In this document: positions 45,601-55,700 of the stretch, piece by piece | Layout of the letters: each line of letters opens with the position of its first letter | Position numbering within the stretch: position 1 is the stretch's first letter | Assembly (NCBI GenBank): GCA_013152945.1 | Contig: JAADFL010000066.1 | Coordinates: 5,812-69,811, forward strand | Length of the DNA: 64,000 bases | Direction of reading: 5' to 3' | Source: Deltaproteobacteria bacterium | GTDB taxonomy: Bacteria > Myxococcota_A > JAADFL01 | The notes under the pieces: generated by a model | What the model was told of the DNA's origin: nothing | Seen by the model: the letters and a program-made list of their open reading frames with translations, nothing else | Databases searched by the model: none | Made by a program: the position numbers and the translations under genes

Positions 45601-48600
45601 AGGTGTTCAGCACGTCACGGGACATAATCGTTGCGGCCCGGAACGTCGACATCCGTCTACCCTTGCTTTTCAGAGTCGAAAAACCAACCGTGCACGTCGG
45701 TGAAACCGCCCGCATACTGGTGCATTCCGGCTTTAAGGACCAGTTGCTTTTCCTCGAGACGTTCCGGGATGGAAAACGCCAGAGCTGCAAGAGGATTGTT
45801 GCCGGGGAAGATCCTGCGATCGTGGAGATACCGGTTACGGAGGATTTGCGCGGAGGTTTGGGACTGGTCTTGTGGGCCGTGCGGGATCACCAGTTCATGC
45901 AAATTACACGGACCCTGTTTGTTCCATGGGACAACCACGAACTCAAGGTTTCCTTCTCAAGGTTCAGGGACAAGTTGAAGCCGGGTCAAAAAGAAACCTG
46001 GACCGTGAAGGTTGAAGGCCCGGACGGCTCGAAATCGGCTGTAAAGGGAGCCGAGGTTCTGGCCTACATGTACGACCGCAGCCTTGACATGTTCGCTTCG
46101 CACAACCCGCCGTCACCCATATCGATATTTCCGACCAGATACGACATTGCGTACACACGACCGAGCCTCTATGCAGCGAGAGCCAGTTGGCTTTCGTGTT
46201 CCGGGTTCAAAAATCCCGCAGGATATCCGGATCTGCGGCCGGCCTCCTTGAAGTTCATCTCCGGTTATGGAATCGGCGGCATGGGCTATGGCGGCGGAGG
46301 GGGAGTACTGGCACTGAGAGCGGCACCGGGAAGGAAGAGCGTTGCCATGCCCACCAGAGGCAGGAAAAGAAGAGCAATGAAGATGAAGACAATGGATAAA
46401 GAAATGGAGGATGCTTTAAGTGAACAGGATAGAAGCGGCGTGGCCGGACTTGGAGAGGTGACGGTTGCGGGTGCACTGGAAAAACCTGCCGAAAACAAAC
46501 TCGAGTCCGGTGGGGAAGCTCCGCAAAGGCCGCAACCCGTGATACCCAGGACCGACTTTTCGGAAACAGCCTTCTTCCTGCCGGAGTTGCTCACATCCGG
46601 TGACGGGTCGGTCAGTTTCACCTTCAAGGTGCCCGAGTCCGTAACATCATGGAATGTTTGGGCCCATGCCATCACAAGGGATTTATCCAGCGGTTCGAAA
46701 AAGGAGGAAGCCCGCACGATAAAGGATCTCATGGTCAGGCCGTATTTACCTCGCTTCCTGCGGGAGGGCGATATTGCCGACTTGAAGGTGGTGGTGAACA
46801 ACGCTTCAGACAAGTCCATGCAGGGTGAGCTGGAATTCGATATTCAGGATCCGAAGACAAAGCAGAGCATGATCGACAAGTTCGGCTTGTCAAAAGAAAA
46901 GACAAAGCGTCGTTTCACTGTAAAGGCAAAGGGCGGCACCAGCCTGGTATTTAAAATCCGGGTGCCTGCGAAGCTGGGCCTGGTGGCTGTCCAGGCGATT
47001 GCAAGGTCGGGCGACATTTCCGATGGTGAAAGACGGGCCTTGCCGGTTCTTCCCGGGAGGATGCATCTCATACAGTCCAGGTTCGTGACACTGGACGGCA
47101 AGTCGAGGCGCACGTTGCATTTCGCCGACATGGAAAAGAACGATGATCCGACCAGGATAGACGAGCAACTCGTAGTAACCCTGGATGCGCAGCTTTTCTA
47201 TTCCGTGCTTGCCGCTGTGCCGTACCTGGTCAAGTATCCGTACGAGTGCAGTGAACAACTCCTGAACCGCTTCTTGTCCGCCGGAATACTTGCATCCATG
47301 TACAAGGACTACCCGGCGGTGGCGAAGATGGCAAAGAAGCTCTCGGTGAGGAAGACCAGGCTGGAGCGCTTCGATCAACCCGATCCGAACAGGAAGATGG
47401 CTCTCGAGGAAACCCCGTGGCTGGTGCAGGCCGGGGGTGGAGATAATGGATACGAAAAAGAAAACGGACTTGTGAACGTGCTCGATCCAAGGCTTGCCGA
47501 GTCACACAAGAGGGTGGCACTGGGCAAGCTCAAGAAGGCCCAGACTTTGTCCGGGGGCTTCCCCTGGTTCCCGGGCGGACCACCCAGCCCGTACATAACC
47601 TTGTACTTGCTCTACGGGTTTTCAAAGGGACTGGAGTTCGGCGTGCAAGTGCCAAGGGACATGGTACAGCGGGCCTGGCAGTACGAGAAGCGCCACTATA
47701 TCGATCGAATGGTGCCCGACTGCATGAGCCTGGATGCCTGCTGGGAGGAGATTACTTTTTTGAACTACGTAATATCGAGCTACAAGGATGAAACCTGGAC
47801 CGGCGGGGTGTTCAGCGGGAAGGACAGGAAAACCATGTTGGACTTTTCCTTCAAACACTGGAAGCAGCATTCTCCGTTGCTCAAGGCCTACCTCGCCCTG
47901 ACCCTGAACCGTATGGGCAGGCACAAGGATGCACGACTCGTGTGGGATAGTGTCATGGACTCTGCAAAGACAGATCCGGACCTGGGAACCTACTGGGCGC
48001 CCGAGGATCGATCATGGCTCTGGTACAATGACACCATCGAGACACATGCATTTGCATTGCGGACGGAATTGGAACTCGCTCCCAACGACAAGAGGATTAA
48101 AGGCCTGGTCCAGTGGCTGCTGTTGAACAAGAAGATGAATCACTGGAAGTCCACCAAGGCCACTGCCGAGGTCGTGTATTCCCTGGCCGAGTACATGAAG
48201 AAGACCAGGCAGCTCGAAGCAGGGCAGTCGGCCCGGATCGTGGTGGGTGACGTGCATAAGAACTTCGTGTTCAAACCTGACGAGTACACCGGAAAGTCAA
48301 ACCACCTGGTATTGTCGGGCAAGGAACTGGACCCGGAGAAATGCTCGACCATAGAGGCTGAAAACCATTCAAAGGGTATGATGTTCGTTTCCGCCACGTG
48401 GCATTTCTCTACCGAGAGGTTGCCGGGGAGCGCCAAGGGGGACCTCTTGAAGGTGAAGCGTGAGTACTTCCGAAGGGTGAAGACGGGCAGCCAGACGGTT
48501 CTCAAGCCGCTCGTGGACGGGGAACCTATAGAAGTGGGCGATGAGATCGAGGTGCACATCTCTCTTACATCGGGACATCCCGTAGGTTACGTGCACCTCC

Positions 48601-48872
48601 GGGACCCCAGGCCTGCAGGTTGCGAACCCGTGTCGTTCCGCTCCAGGTATAGGTGGGAACTGGGAATCTACTGGTACGAAGAGGTGCGGGACAGCGGAAT
48701 GAACTTTTTCTTCGAGCAGTTGCCCCAAGGTGAATACCCGCTGATCCACCGTATGCGGGCGGCGGTTGCAGGTACTTTCAAGGTGGCCCCGGCAATCGTC
48801 CAGCCCATGTATGCTCCGGAGTTCGCGGCGTATTCGGCCGGCAATGTCGTTGAGATTCGGCCTTCCAGGTAA
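42654..48872 (+). CDS. Bacterial alpha-2-macroglobulin family lipoprotein with intact thioester motif
   Basis: Lipoprotein signal VFFIVWSASSGC. Many MG-type beta-sandwich domains. RTDFSETAFFLPELLTSGDGSVSFTFKVPESVTSWNVWAHAIT is the A2M signature. The thioester is LVKYPYECSEQLLNRF (CxEQ). Roughly 2070 aa from the chosen Met. The ORF track extends it further upstream to 42444. Confidence 0.85.
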   Translation: MRRERALKKLKVFGYTLVFFIVWSASSGCLPGEHKGADARPERSADMPGAGKGDPKIKKIKPLPVADWNQGLSKDWAEVKKLEDEQKLQAAQKVILSILDRARAEKNSEEWVKALITAVQLKSALHEYETAVRFFKEQPWPDDLLGQVTCNLYYAQMLVWYARNYRWEIQRRERVDTKGKVDLKAWTLEQIFAEAGRAYLFLWRHKQELANLDARKLAAYIEVGDYPHEVRPGLLDVLTYFWTNLLADRDGWRPRQRNEVFALDLGKLLGTARPMSARFKLDDPNIHPLVKLSALLADLEYEHSKKGLREAALEAYIERSRQLWNAFSQEQDKTEIEKKMAARLAHERGISWWSVGIAQMAQWVRQKRDPHALVQAHELAQKGWKKYPDSIGGKQCRSIVESIEQPGYALQGMATDAPGKKSILVRHKNLKEIFFRAYKLDLLKIVRKADDYDIFPRWEEIRKIMKREPAASWRKALPKTPDFRMHKTFVTPPMKKPGYYLVIASAKKDFGPDDNYMTALNVIISDLVLVEEIHDSGVEVTAVSGATGRPVPGVKISLYKYDWTEGHHVVQTKTTSGNGVVGFTSYGGDYFLLARKGEQIVMDPNYLNIYANRFPESHTGSLVYTDRSVYRPGQKLHFKIVVYSGRRKKADYHTIAGRRVRVWLEDANRRTVADATYHTNENGTVSGSFDIPPGRLLGQWHLYTSPEGSAPVRVEEYKRPTFEVKIDDPKTPLRLNKPAVLEGRADYYFGLPVTSGKVLWRVVRSPRYPWWWSWWYGNRGSASQVVATGTAKLAGEGKFKVSFTPKADERTAKAGVTYVYELEADVTDEGGETRSAKRSFRLGFVAVEATIGMDEEFVFENKPSMVKLTRTNLDGVAAPGTGKWRLLKIVQPGQTLAPADQPLPEALPGVQGTKGYQTAGDRQRARWQPGYNPMEIMRQWKDGSRVAGGEVVHDKQGRAKIKMPPLPAGAYRLRYETKDAFGKVFSTSRDIIVAARNVDIRLPLLFRVEKPTVHVGETARILVHSGFKDQLLFLETFRDGKRQSCKRIVAGEDPAIVEIPVTEDLRGGLGLVLWAVRDHQFMQITRTLFVPWDNHELKVSFSRFRDKLKPGQKETWTVKVEGPDGSKSAVKGAEVLAYMYDRSLDMFASHNPPSPISIFPTRYDIAYTRPSLYAARASWLSCSGFKNPAGYPDLRPASLKFISGYGIGGMGYGGGGGVLALRAAPGRKSVAMPTRGRKRRAMKMKTMDKEMEDALSEQDRSGVAGLGEVTVAGALEKPAENKLESGGEAPQRPQPVIPRTDFSETAFFLPELLTSGDGSVSFTFKVPESVTSWNVWAHAITRDLSSGSKKEEARTIKDLMVRPYLPRFLREGDIADLKVVVNNASDKSMQGELEFDIQDPKTKQSMIDKFGLSKEKTKRRFTVKAKGGTSLVFKIRVPAKLGLVAVQAIARSGDISDGERRALPVLPGRMHLIQSRFVTLDGKSRRTLHFADMEKNDDPTRIDEQLVVTLDAQLFYSVLAAVPYLVKYPYECSEQLLNRFLSAGILASMYKDYPAVAKMAKKLSVRKTRLERFDQPDPNRKMALEETPWLVQAGGGDNGYEKENGLVNVLDPRLAESHKRVALGKLKKAQTLSGGFPWFPGGPPSPYITLYLLYGFSKGLEFGVQVPRDMVQRAWQYEKRHYIDRMVPDCMSLDACWEEITFLNYVISSYKDETWTGGVFSGKDRKTMLDFSFKHWKQHSPLLKAYLALTLNRMGRHKDARLVWDSVMDSAKTDPDLGTYWAPEDRSWLWYNDTIETHAFALRTELELAPNDKRIKGLVQWLLLNKKMNHWKSTKATAEVVYSLAEYMKKTRQLEAGQSARIVVGDVHKNFVFKPDEYTGKSNHLVLSGKELDPEKCSTIEAENHSKGMMFVSATWHFSTERLPGSAKGDLLKVKREYFRRVKTGSQTVLKPLVDGEPIEVGDEIEVHISLTSGHPVGYVHLRDPRPAGCEPVSFRSRYRWELGIYWYEEVRDSGMNFFFEQLPQGEYPLIHRMRAAVAGTFKVAPAIVQPMYAPEFAAYSAGNVVEIRPSR

Positions 48873-49107
48873 TCTTCAGCTCCTGTTCTGCATCCTTTTA
48901 CCTCTTGAAGCGCCTGGCTGCATTGCTTTTCTCCAAAGTTCCCGGCCCTTATTCCCGGGTGACATTACCGGCATTGACAGCAAAACCGGCCGCATGTAGT
49001 CTTGTTTCACGTGGTAATAGAAGAATATCTTGAAAAATAGAAAAGTAAGTGTGACACCTGGGAGAAGAAAGAGGAAACAAGCAAGACTTTTTTGGAAGGG
49101 ACGGAAT

Positions 49108-49572
49108 ATGAAAGAAAAAATGAGCGCGCTTTCGGAAACTTTTTTGTTCAAGGATGTGCCGGAGGAAAAACTTGAAGAAGTAGCCAAAATAGCAGAGGAG
49201 AAATTAGTAATCCCTGGTGATGTAATAATCCGCGAAGGGGATTTCGGTGACTCGATATACGTGGTGGTTTCGGGCTCGGTAAAGATCGAGAAGCGCGTCG
49301 AAGGCGAACTTAAGGAGATAGCCGAGCTTGGCCGGGGCGAGATATTCGGTGAGGTTTCCATGGTGGACGAGGAACCAAGGTTGGCTACTGTAAGACCGGT
49401 CGAGGCGACCACGTTGCTCAAGATGAACATCGATGACCTTGAAATCCTCTTTGTCGATTATCCGGAATTGACCGCACCTGTCTTCAGGGCCCTTGCAAAA
49501 GTGCTTGCCGCAAGGTTACGTCAGACCACCAAGGACATGACATTCCTACGTTCAATGGCCGGTAAGAATTAG
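49108..49572 (+). CDS. Stand-alone cyclic-nucleotide-binding (CAP-effector) domain protein
   Basis: FKDVPEEKLEEVAKIAEEKLVIPGDVIIREGDFGDSIYVVVSGSVKI...GRGEIFGEVSMVD...RLATVRP is the cNMP-binding fold. Start at MKEKMSAL behind a GGAAGGGA RBS. Confidence 0.72.
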   Translation: MKEKMSALSETFLFKDVPEEKLEEVAKIAEEKLVIPGDVIIREGDFGDSIYVVVSGSVKIEKRVEGELKEIAELGRGEIFGEVSMVDEEPRLATVRPVEATTLLKMNIDDLEILFVDYPELTAPVFRALAKVLAARLRQTTKDMTFLRSMAGKN

Positions 49573-49752
49573 TGCTATATTTCAAAAATGAGTGGAGAAA
49601 CATGATCGTCACGTGATTTTTGAGAGTATAACAAGCTTGAAGCGCCGGGTAGCAAGGATTTTTCGGATACAAGCCTGCTGTTGTGATACGGAGCGCTTGA
49701 AGATTGAAGGTGTTATGACGTATTTTTGCCAGGTGTGCACTGAGGGAGCAAA

Positions 49753-52700
49753 GTGAAACCGGTTGAATTGGAACGCATGCTTCGTGAAACAGGCAGGTGG
49801 CCCGAGCTTGCCGAACTATATGAAAAAATGTCTTCCAGGGCGCCTGATCCGGCAAGAGGGGGACAGTTGTTGGAGCAGGCTGCCCGCTTGTTCGAGCAGA
49901 AAGTAGGAGATCCGGCAAAGGCTGAAAATTGTCGCGTGCGGGCCTTGAAATTGGATCCCACCAACAGGGACGCATTCCGGGCACTTGCAGCTAGATACGA
50001 GCAGAGGGAGGAATTCAGGAAGCTGGCCGATCTATTTTCTCTCCAGGCTGCTGTTTCGACAGAGCCTATTACTCGATCCGAGTATTTTTTCAACCTGGCC
50101 AAGATTGAAGAGGAGAAGTTGGTCAGGTCGTTGAGGGCGCTCATCGAATACAGGAGGGCATGGAACGCGTACCCGGGAAACAGTGAAGCCCTGAATGCAG
50201 CCAAGTCACTGGCAGCCAGGTTGGGTCTCAACTCGTTGCTGGTGGACTTGTTGTATGAACAGCTCAAGCTTGACATACAGCGCAAGGATGCGGCGGGCGA
50301 ATTGCTCGAATTGGCAACAGACCTGGAGGAAAGCGATCCCCTGGCAGGTGAATTGGCGGACAGGTGCAGGGAATTGGCTCTAGAGGCCGACCCGGACAGC
50401 GAGCAAGCCAGGCAGGCCATGGAAGATCAACACAAGCGAAAGCTGAAGGCCGGCAAGGGTTGGAAGAAGGTATTCAAGAAAGAACTTTCAGAAGCAAGGA
50501 GATCTCCTCCGCAAAAGGCAAGGAGGGCCGCGTACGCTGCGCTTCGCATGGCCGTCGCGAATGGGGACGAAGGCAGGAATGAGGCCCTGGAGGCTGCAAA
50601 GGAAATATTGAGAAGGAGCCCGGGTGACGAGGTAGCCCTGGAGACGGCAAGGCGCATGCTTTCACGGGAGGACTATGTTGTGCTGCTGTGGGACCAGCTC
50701 GGGGCCACCAAGAGAAGGAGCAGGAAGCTGGAATTGTGCTACGAGTTGCTTCCGCTGGTAAGAGCCGGGGACCAGGATACAAAGAGATACGAGGCGCTTT
50801 TGGAGCGGGGATTGGAGATAGACAGGTCCGCGTTGCCGTGCAGGATACTCCTCAAGGAATTTTTTGAGGAAAAAGGTGATTTCGCCTCTATCACGAGATT
50901 GCTCGAAGAAGAGTTGTCCGAGATAGAAGACCCATCCAAGAAAGTCCATGCCCTGATGGAACTCGCCGGGCTCCAAGAGGAAAAAGTCCTGGATATTCCG
51001 GCGGCGGCCGCGTACTGGGAAAAGGTCCTGGATATTGATCCGGCGAACAGGGAAGCGGGAGACAGCCTGGTTCGGCTCATGCGGGAACAGGATGACAGGC
51101 AAGGGTTGGCTAAGGCCCTTGACATTGTTGCGGGACAAGTGGAGACGCCCAAGGAGAAACTTGCCGCCTTGAAAGAGGCTGCGTCTATAAAAGAGGAACT
51201 GCAGGAACCCGAGCTTGCCTTTGCAGCCTGGTGCAGGGCTTTCAGGGAGGATCCATCCGATATCGAGTGCATTCAGGGCATGGAGAGAAGTGCGGAGGCG
51301 GCCCGGGCCTTCGAGGAACTCGCGGCGGTATATCAGGAAGAGTTGAACAAGGTGGCGGTGGCCAGGTCGACGGCTTTCGCCTTGCGGGCCGCCGAGCTGT
51401 GGATGGAAAAAATACAAGACAAGGCTTCGGCCATTGCTTGCTATCAACACGTGTTGCTCGCCGATCCCGCCAAGTTTGCAGGGGCGAGATTGAAGGCGTG
51501 CGATGCCCTGGAAATATTGCACGAGGAAGATGGTGATTACCGGTCTGCATTGGAAGTGCTGGAAAAGGCACTGGAGATACCTGTACAGGAAAAAGGACTT
51601 TCCCTGTCCGATAAACGCAGGCTCCTGGTCAAGGTAGGGCGGGCAAAGAGGCGGCTTGGCGACCTTGCCGGCTCGGATGCTGCCTTGAGATCGGCATTGG
51701 ATATTGACGGGCAGGACAAGGATGCATTGAGAGAGCTGGCGCTGACACTGGAGGAGGCGGGAGATTTACCCGGACTTTCCGGTATACTGGATAAGCTTGT
51801 TTCCATGTCCGACGGTGATGATAAGACGATTGCCCTTTGTATGTCCGCCAGGGTCAAAGTGAATAAGACCGGAGATCTTTTCGGTGGCTTCGATGACATT
51901 GCAGAGGCAATGAATATTTCGCCGGGACATCCCTGTATTATTGAGTCCCTGAAAAAGTTTCGTGAAAAGGGTGGAGAGGCCGGCGGACGCGCGTTTGAAT
52001 TGATGGCAAAGATTTACGAAGAGACGAAAGAGTGGAGGAAATTGGCCGACCTTCTCGAGGAAGAGTTGGGGAGCGCCGATGGCGTGGATAAGAGGCTCCC
52101 CCTGCTCTCGAGGATCGGTGATCTACAGGAGAAGTGGCTTGACCAGCCGGAGATGGCCTTCATCACCTGGTGCAGGGCTCTTCGTGAAGCGCCGCAAAGC
52201 GAATCCACGTACAATGCATTGTTCAGATTGGCTGAAACTGTAGACCAGGGTTTCAACGAGATAGTCGCGTTGTGCGAAGAGATTGCGGATACGGAAAAAG
52301 ATAGTTCATCAGCCGGACTGGCGGCATTGAAGGCTGCGGAAGTGTACGAAAAACAACTGGAAAAACCTGAAGAGGCAAAGGGACTTTACAAGAAGGCATT
52401 CAAGCTGACGGGTGGGATGGATGACGATCTGGCCGAGGCGGCCCTGGATTCGTTGGAGCGATTGGCCTCGAAGGCAGGCGACGACAGGGAGTTGGCAAGA
52501 GCTCTTGCATTCAGGATCCAGTTCAATGTTGGGGTAGCGGATGACCTTGAACGGGCGTTGCTTCTGAAGCGGTTGGGTTTTTTAAGGGCCGAAAAGCTGG
52601 CCGATCCGGAAGGCGCAATAGGGCCTCTTGAGGAATCGCTGTTACTGAACCCGGAAGATGTAGAGACATCCCGTTTTCTTACAAAGGTATTCGAGGAGAC

Positions 52701-55700
52701 CGGTTCCTTTGAAAAGTTGGCCGGTTTGCTGGAACAGTCTCTGGAAAAGACCGAAGAATTCGAATCCAGGAAGAGCCTGGCCCTCAAGTTGTTCGATGTG
52801 TTGTCCAACAGGCTCGATAGGAATAGTGAAGCTGCAGAGGTTTTGGCAAGGTTACTTGTCGAGCAGCCTGGAGACGGTGACCTGGTCGAGGCACTGGAAC
52901 AAATTCAGGGTGATGTGGAATCAAGGTTGACCGCAGGCAAGGCGCTTGCCCCTCATTATCGCGAGACCGGCCAGTGGAACAAGTTGGCTGAAGCCTTGGA
53001 AGCCATATTGGATTCCGATCAGGGAGACCGCGGTGAAGTTTTTGCGGAACTTGCGGATATCTACCAGGAGAATCTTTCAAGACCCGACCTGGCTTTCCTG
53101 ACTGCATGCAGGTGGCATGCAGATGTTCCCGGAGACGAGCAGGCAAAGAAAAGATTGGAGGGCCTGGCTGCGGTGACCGGCTCCTGGGAAGAGGCGGTCC
53201 GGGCACTGGAAGAGGAAATTGAGAAGGCTGTCGATCCGGTCAATGCGGCAAGAACCAGGCTTCGCGTTGCAGGGCTCCATCTCGAAAGATTGGAGAGACC
53301 GGACAGGGCGATAGATCATCTAAAGGCAGTGCTCGACGATCCCAATCCTGATGTTGTCCCCATCAAGGTTAGGGCCGCGGATATGCTGGCGGACTTGTAC
53401 AGGTCCCAGTCTGCATGGGCGGATCTGGCCGATATCCTCGAAAATAGGCTCGGTTGGCTCGAGCGCCGGAGCGACAAGGCCGAGGCTCTCCGTGAGCTGG
53501 CGGAAGTCTACAAGGACAAGTTGGATGATCCGGAACGCGCCTTTAGTGCTGCATGCCGCAGTGTGAGACAGGATCCGGGCTCGCGTGCGACTCTTGCCGT
53601 GGCCGAGGAACTCGCAGATTCCAGGGGTTACTTGGATGAAATGGCGGCCCTGTATGAAGACCTGGCCGAAGAGGCGGAAATACCGACCTTGTCGGCATCA
53701 TACTATTTCAGACTCGGTGAATTGCTTGAAAACAAGTTGAAAAAAAAGGAGAAGGCAAGAGCAGCGTATCGTAATGCCCTGGAAATAAGGCCCGATGACC
53801 TGGATGCCTTGAAAAATCTCGAAGCATTGGCTGAAAGGGCTGGGGACTTTGAGGAAGCTGTGGATCTCCTGAAACGCCAGGCTGCGATTTTGGAAGAGGA
53901 GGCAGGTATAAAGGTCAGGCTCAAGCTGGCAAAGATGCTCGAGCAGGAATTAGGGGAAGTCGAAGGCGCTTATGAACAGTACAAGCATGTGGTGAGGGCC
54001 GATCCGAAATGCCTGGAAGCCCTGGAGGCCCTCGAATCCATTCTGGAGAAGAAGGGCGCCAAGCCTTCGGCCAGGCTGGGTGTTATGCAGCTTATGTTGA
54101 GGGCGTTGCACGAAAGTGAACATGCACCGATCCTGAAACGCATGGCCCGAATCGCCATGAAAGACCTGGATAGGCCCAGAGATGCTTTGAAATATCTCAA
54201 AAGGGCAAAGGAACTATCTCCCGACGATGGCGAAATTCAGGATTTGTTTATTGAAACATACGAAGCCATGGGTGATACCAAGGCCCTGGTGAAGCTCTAT
54301 GGCAGCCAGGCGATGGCATCTGTGGGCGAGGAGAGGGTGCAGTGGTTGCGAAAGGCTGCCGCCTTGCTTGAAAAGGGTGAAGGCTTGGACAGGGATTCGG
54401 CCAAGCGGGCATGGCAGGCGGTGCTTTCAGCCGAGCCCGAGGATCCTACGGCCCTTCAGGCCATGCTCAATTACCACAAAGAAGATGAGAAGTGGGACCT
54501 CGTGGTGGACGTACTTAAAAAGTTGATCCCGCTTCAACACGATCCGAACATGGCCAGGGGCCTTTTCCTGGATTTGGCATCGGTACTGGCGGAGAAACTG
54601 GGTAATCTGGGGGATGCGGTCGAAGCCGCGACCAAGGCCATGGAATTGGTACCGCTGGAACTCGATGACCTGGAAAAGGCTGAAAAGGTCCTGGTTCATT
54701 GTAGTGCCTGGCCCGAGTATGCGGAGTTGTTGGCCAACCGTGCCGAGCTGGTGCCCACTCCCGAAGAAGCAGCCGAAGTACACAAGACCAGAGGACGGTT
54801 GATATTGAACAGGCTTCACAATCCCGCCGGGGCCGCCGATGCTTTCCGCCGGGCTTTGGAATTGGTACCGGGCGATGAAGAAGCCAGGTCGGCGGTGCAG
54901 GAACTGTACGAGACTACCGGAGAGTGGGAGTCGCTGGCCGACATGGTCCAGGCCGAGCTCCTGGCCAGGCCTCCCAGACGCAGGCGAAACGAGCTTTTGA
55001 GGGAGTTGAGTGACATATACGAAAACCGAATGGATGCCAGAGAACAGGCATTGAGGGTTTACTTCAGGGCTTTCAGGGAGGACCCTTCGGACGAGGAGGT
55101 TCAACAGGAACTGGAAAGAATTGCAAGGGATGCAGGCAAACTTGATGCCATGGTCCAGATATACAAGGATACGGCCGAGGCTCTGGGCGACCGTGGACTA
55201 GCGGCGAAAATGTTCGTAAAGATGGCTACCATACTGGAGAAGGAACTCGACAGGGCTGATGAGGCTGCGGACAGCTACAGGATGGTATTGGCGCTCGAAC
55301 CGGCAAGGACAGAGGCAAGGGAAGCGTTGATTCGGCTTTTGTCCAGGCAGGGAAGGTTCGATGAACTTGCCGGGGCATTGAGGGCCCAGGCTGAGGCGGA
55401 ACCGGACCCGAATCAACGGGTTCAGTTGTTACGTCAGGCTGCAGCGGTATACGAGGAAAAGCTTTCCGATTCCAAGGAGGCATCTTCTTGCCTTGCGCTC
55501 GCTGCTGATGCGGATCCAAGGAACAAGGATGTAATCGAAGACTTGGTACGTGTTCTCGGCGACCAGGAACGTTGGGACCAGGCGGTCAGCGTGTTGGAAA
55601 AGACTGCGGCCGCCCAGGTAAACCAGCGCGAGGCAAAGGCATTGAAGCTCCGGATAGCCGACTTGCTGGATAAGAAGATGGGCGATTTCGAGGGTGCTAT

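Noticed and set aside
50662-55104. 286-aa, 177-aa and 225-aa minus-strand ORFs and others
   Set aside because: They are antisense to the giant TPR gene. Ala/Leu/Glu-rich sense codons give long open antisense frames.
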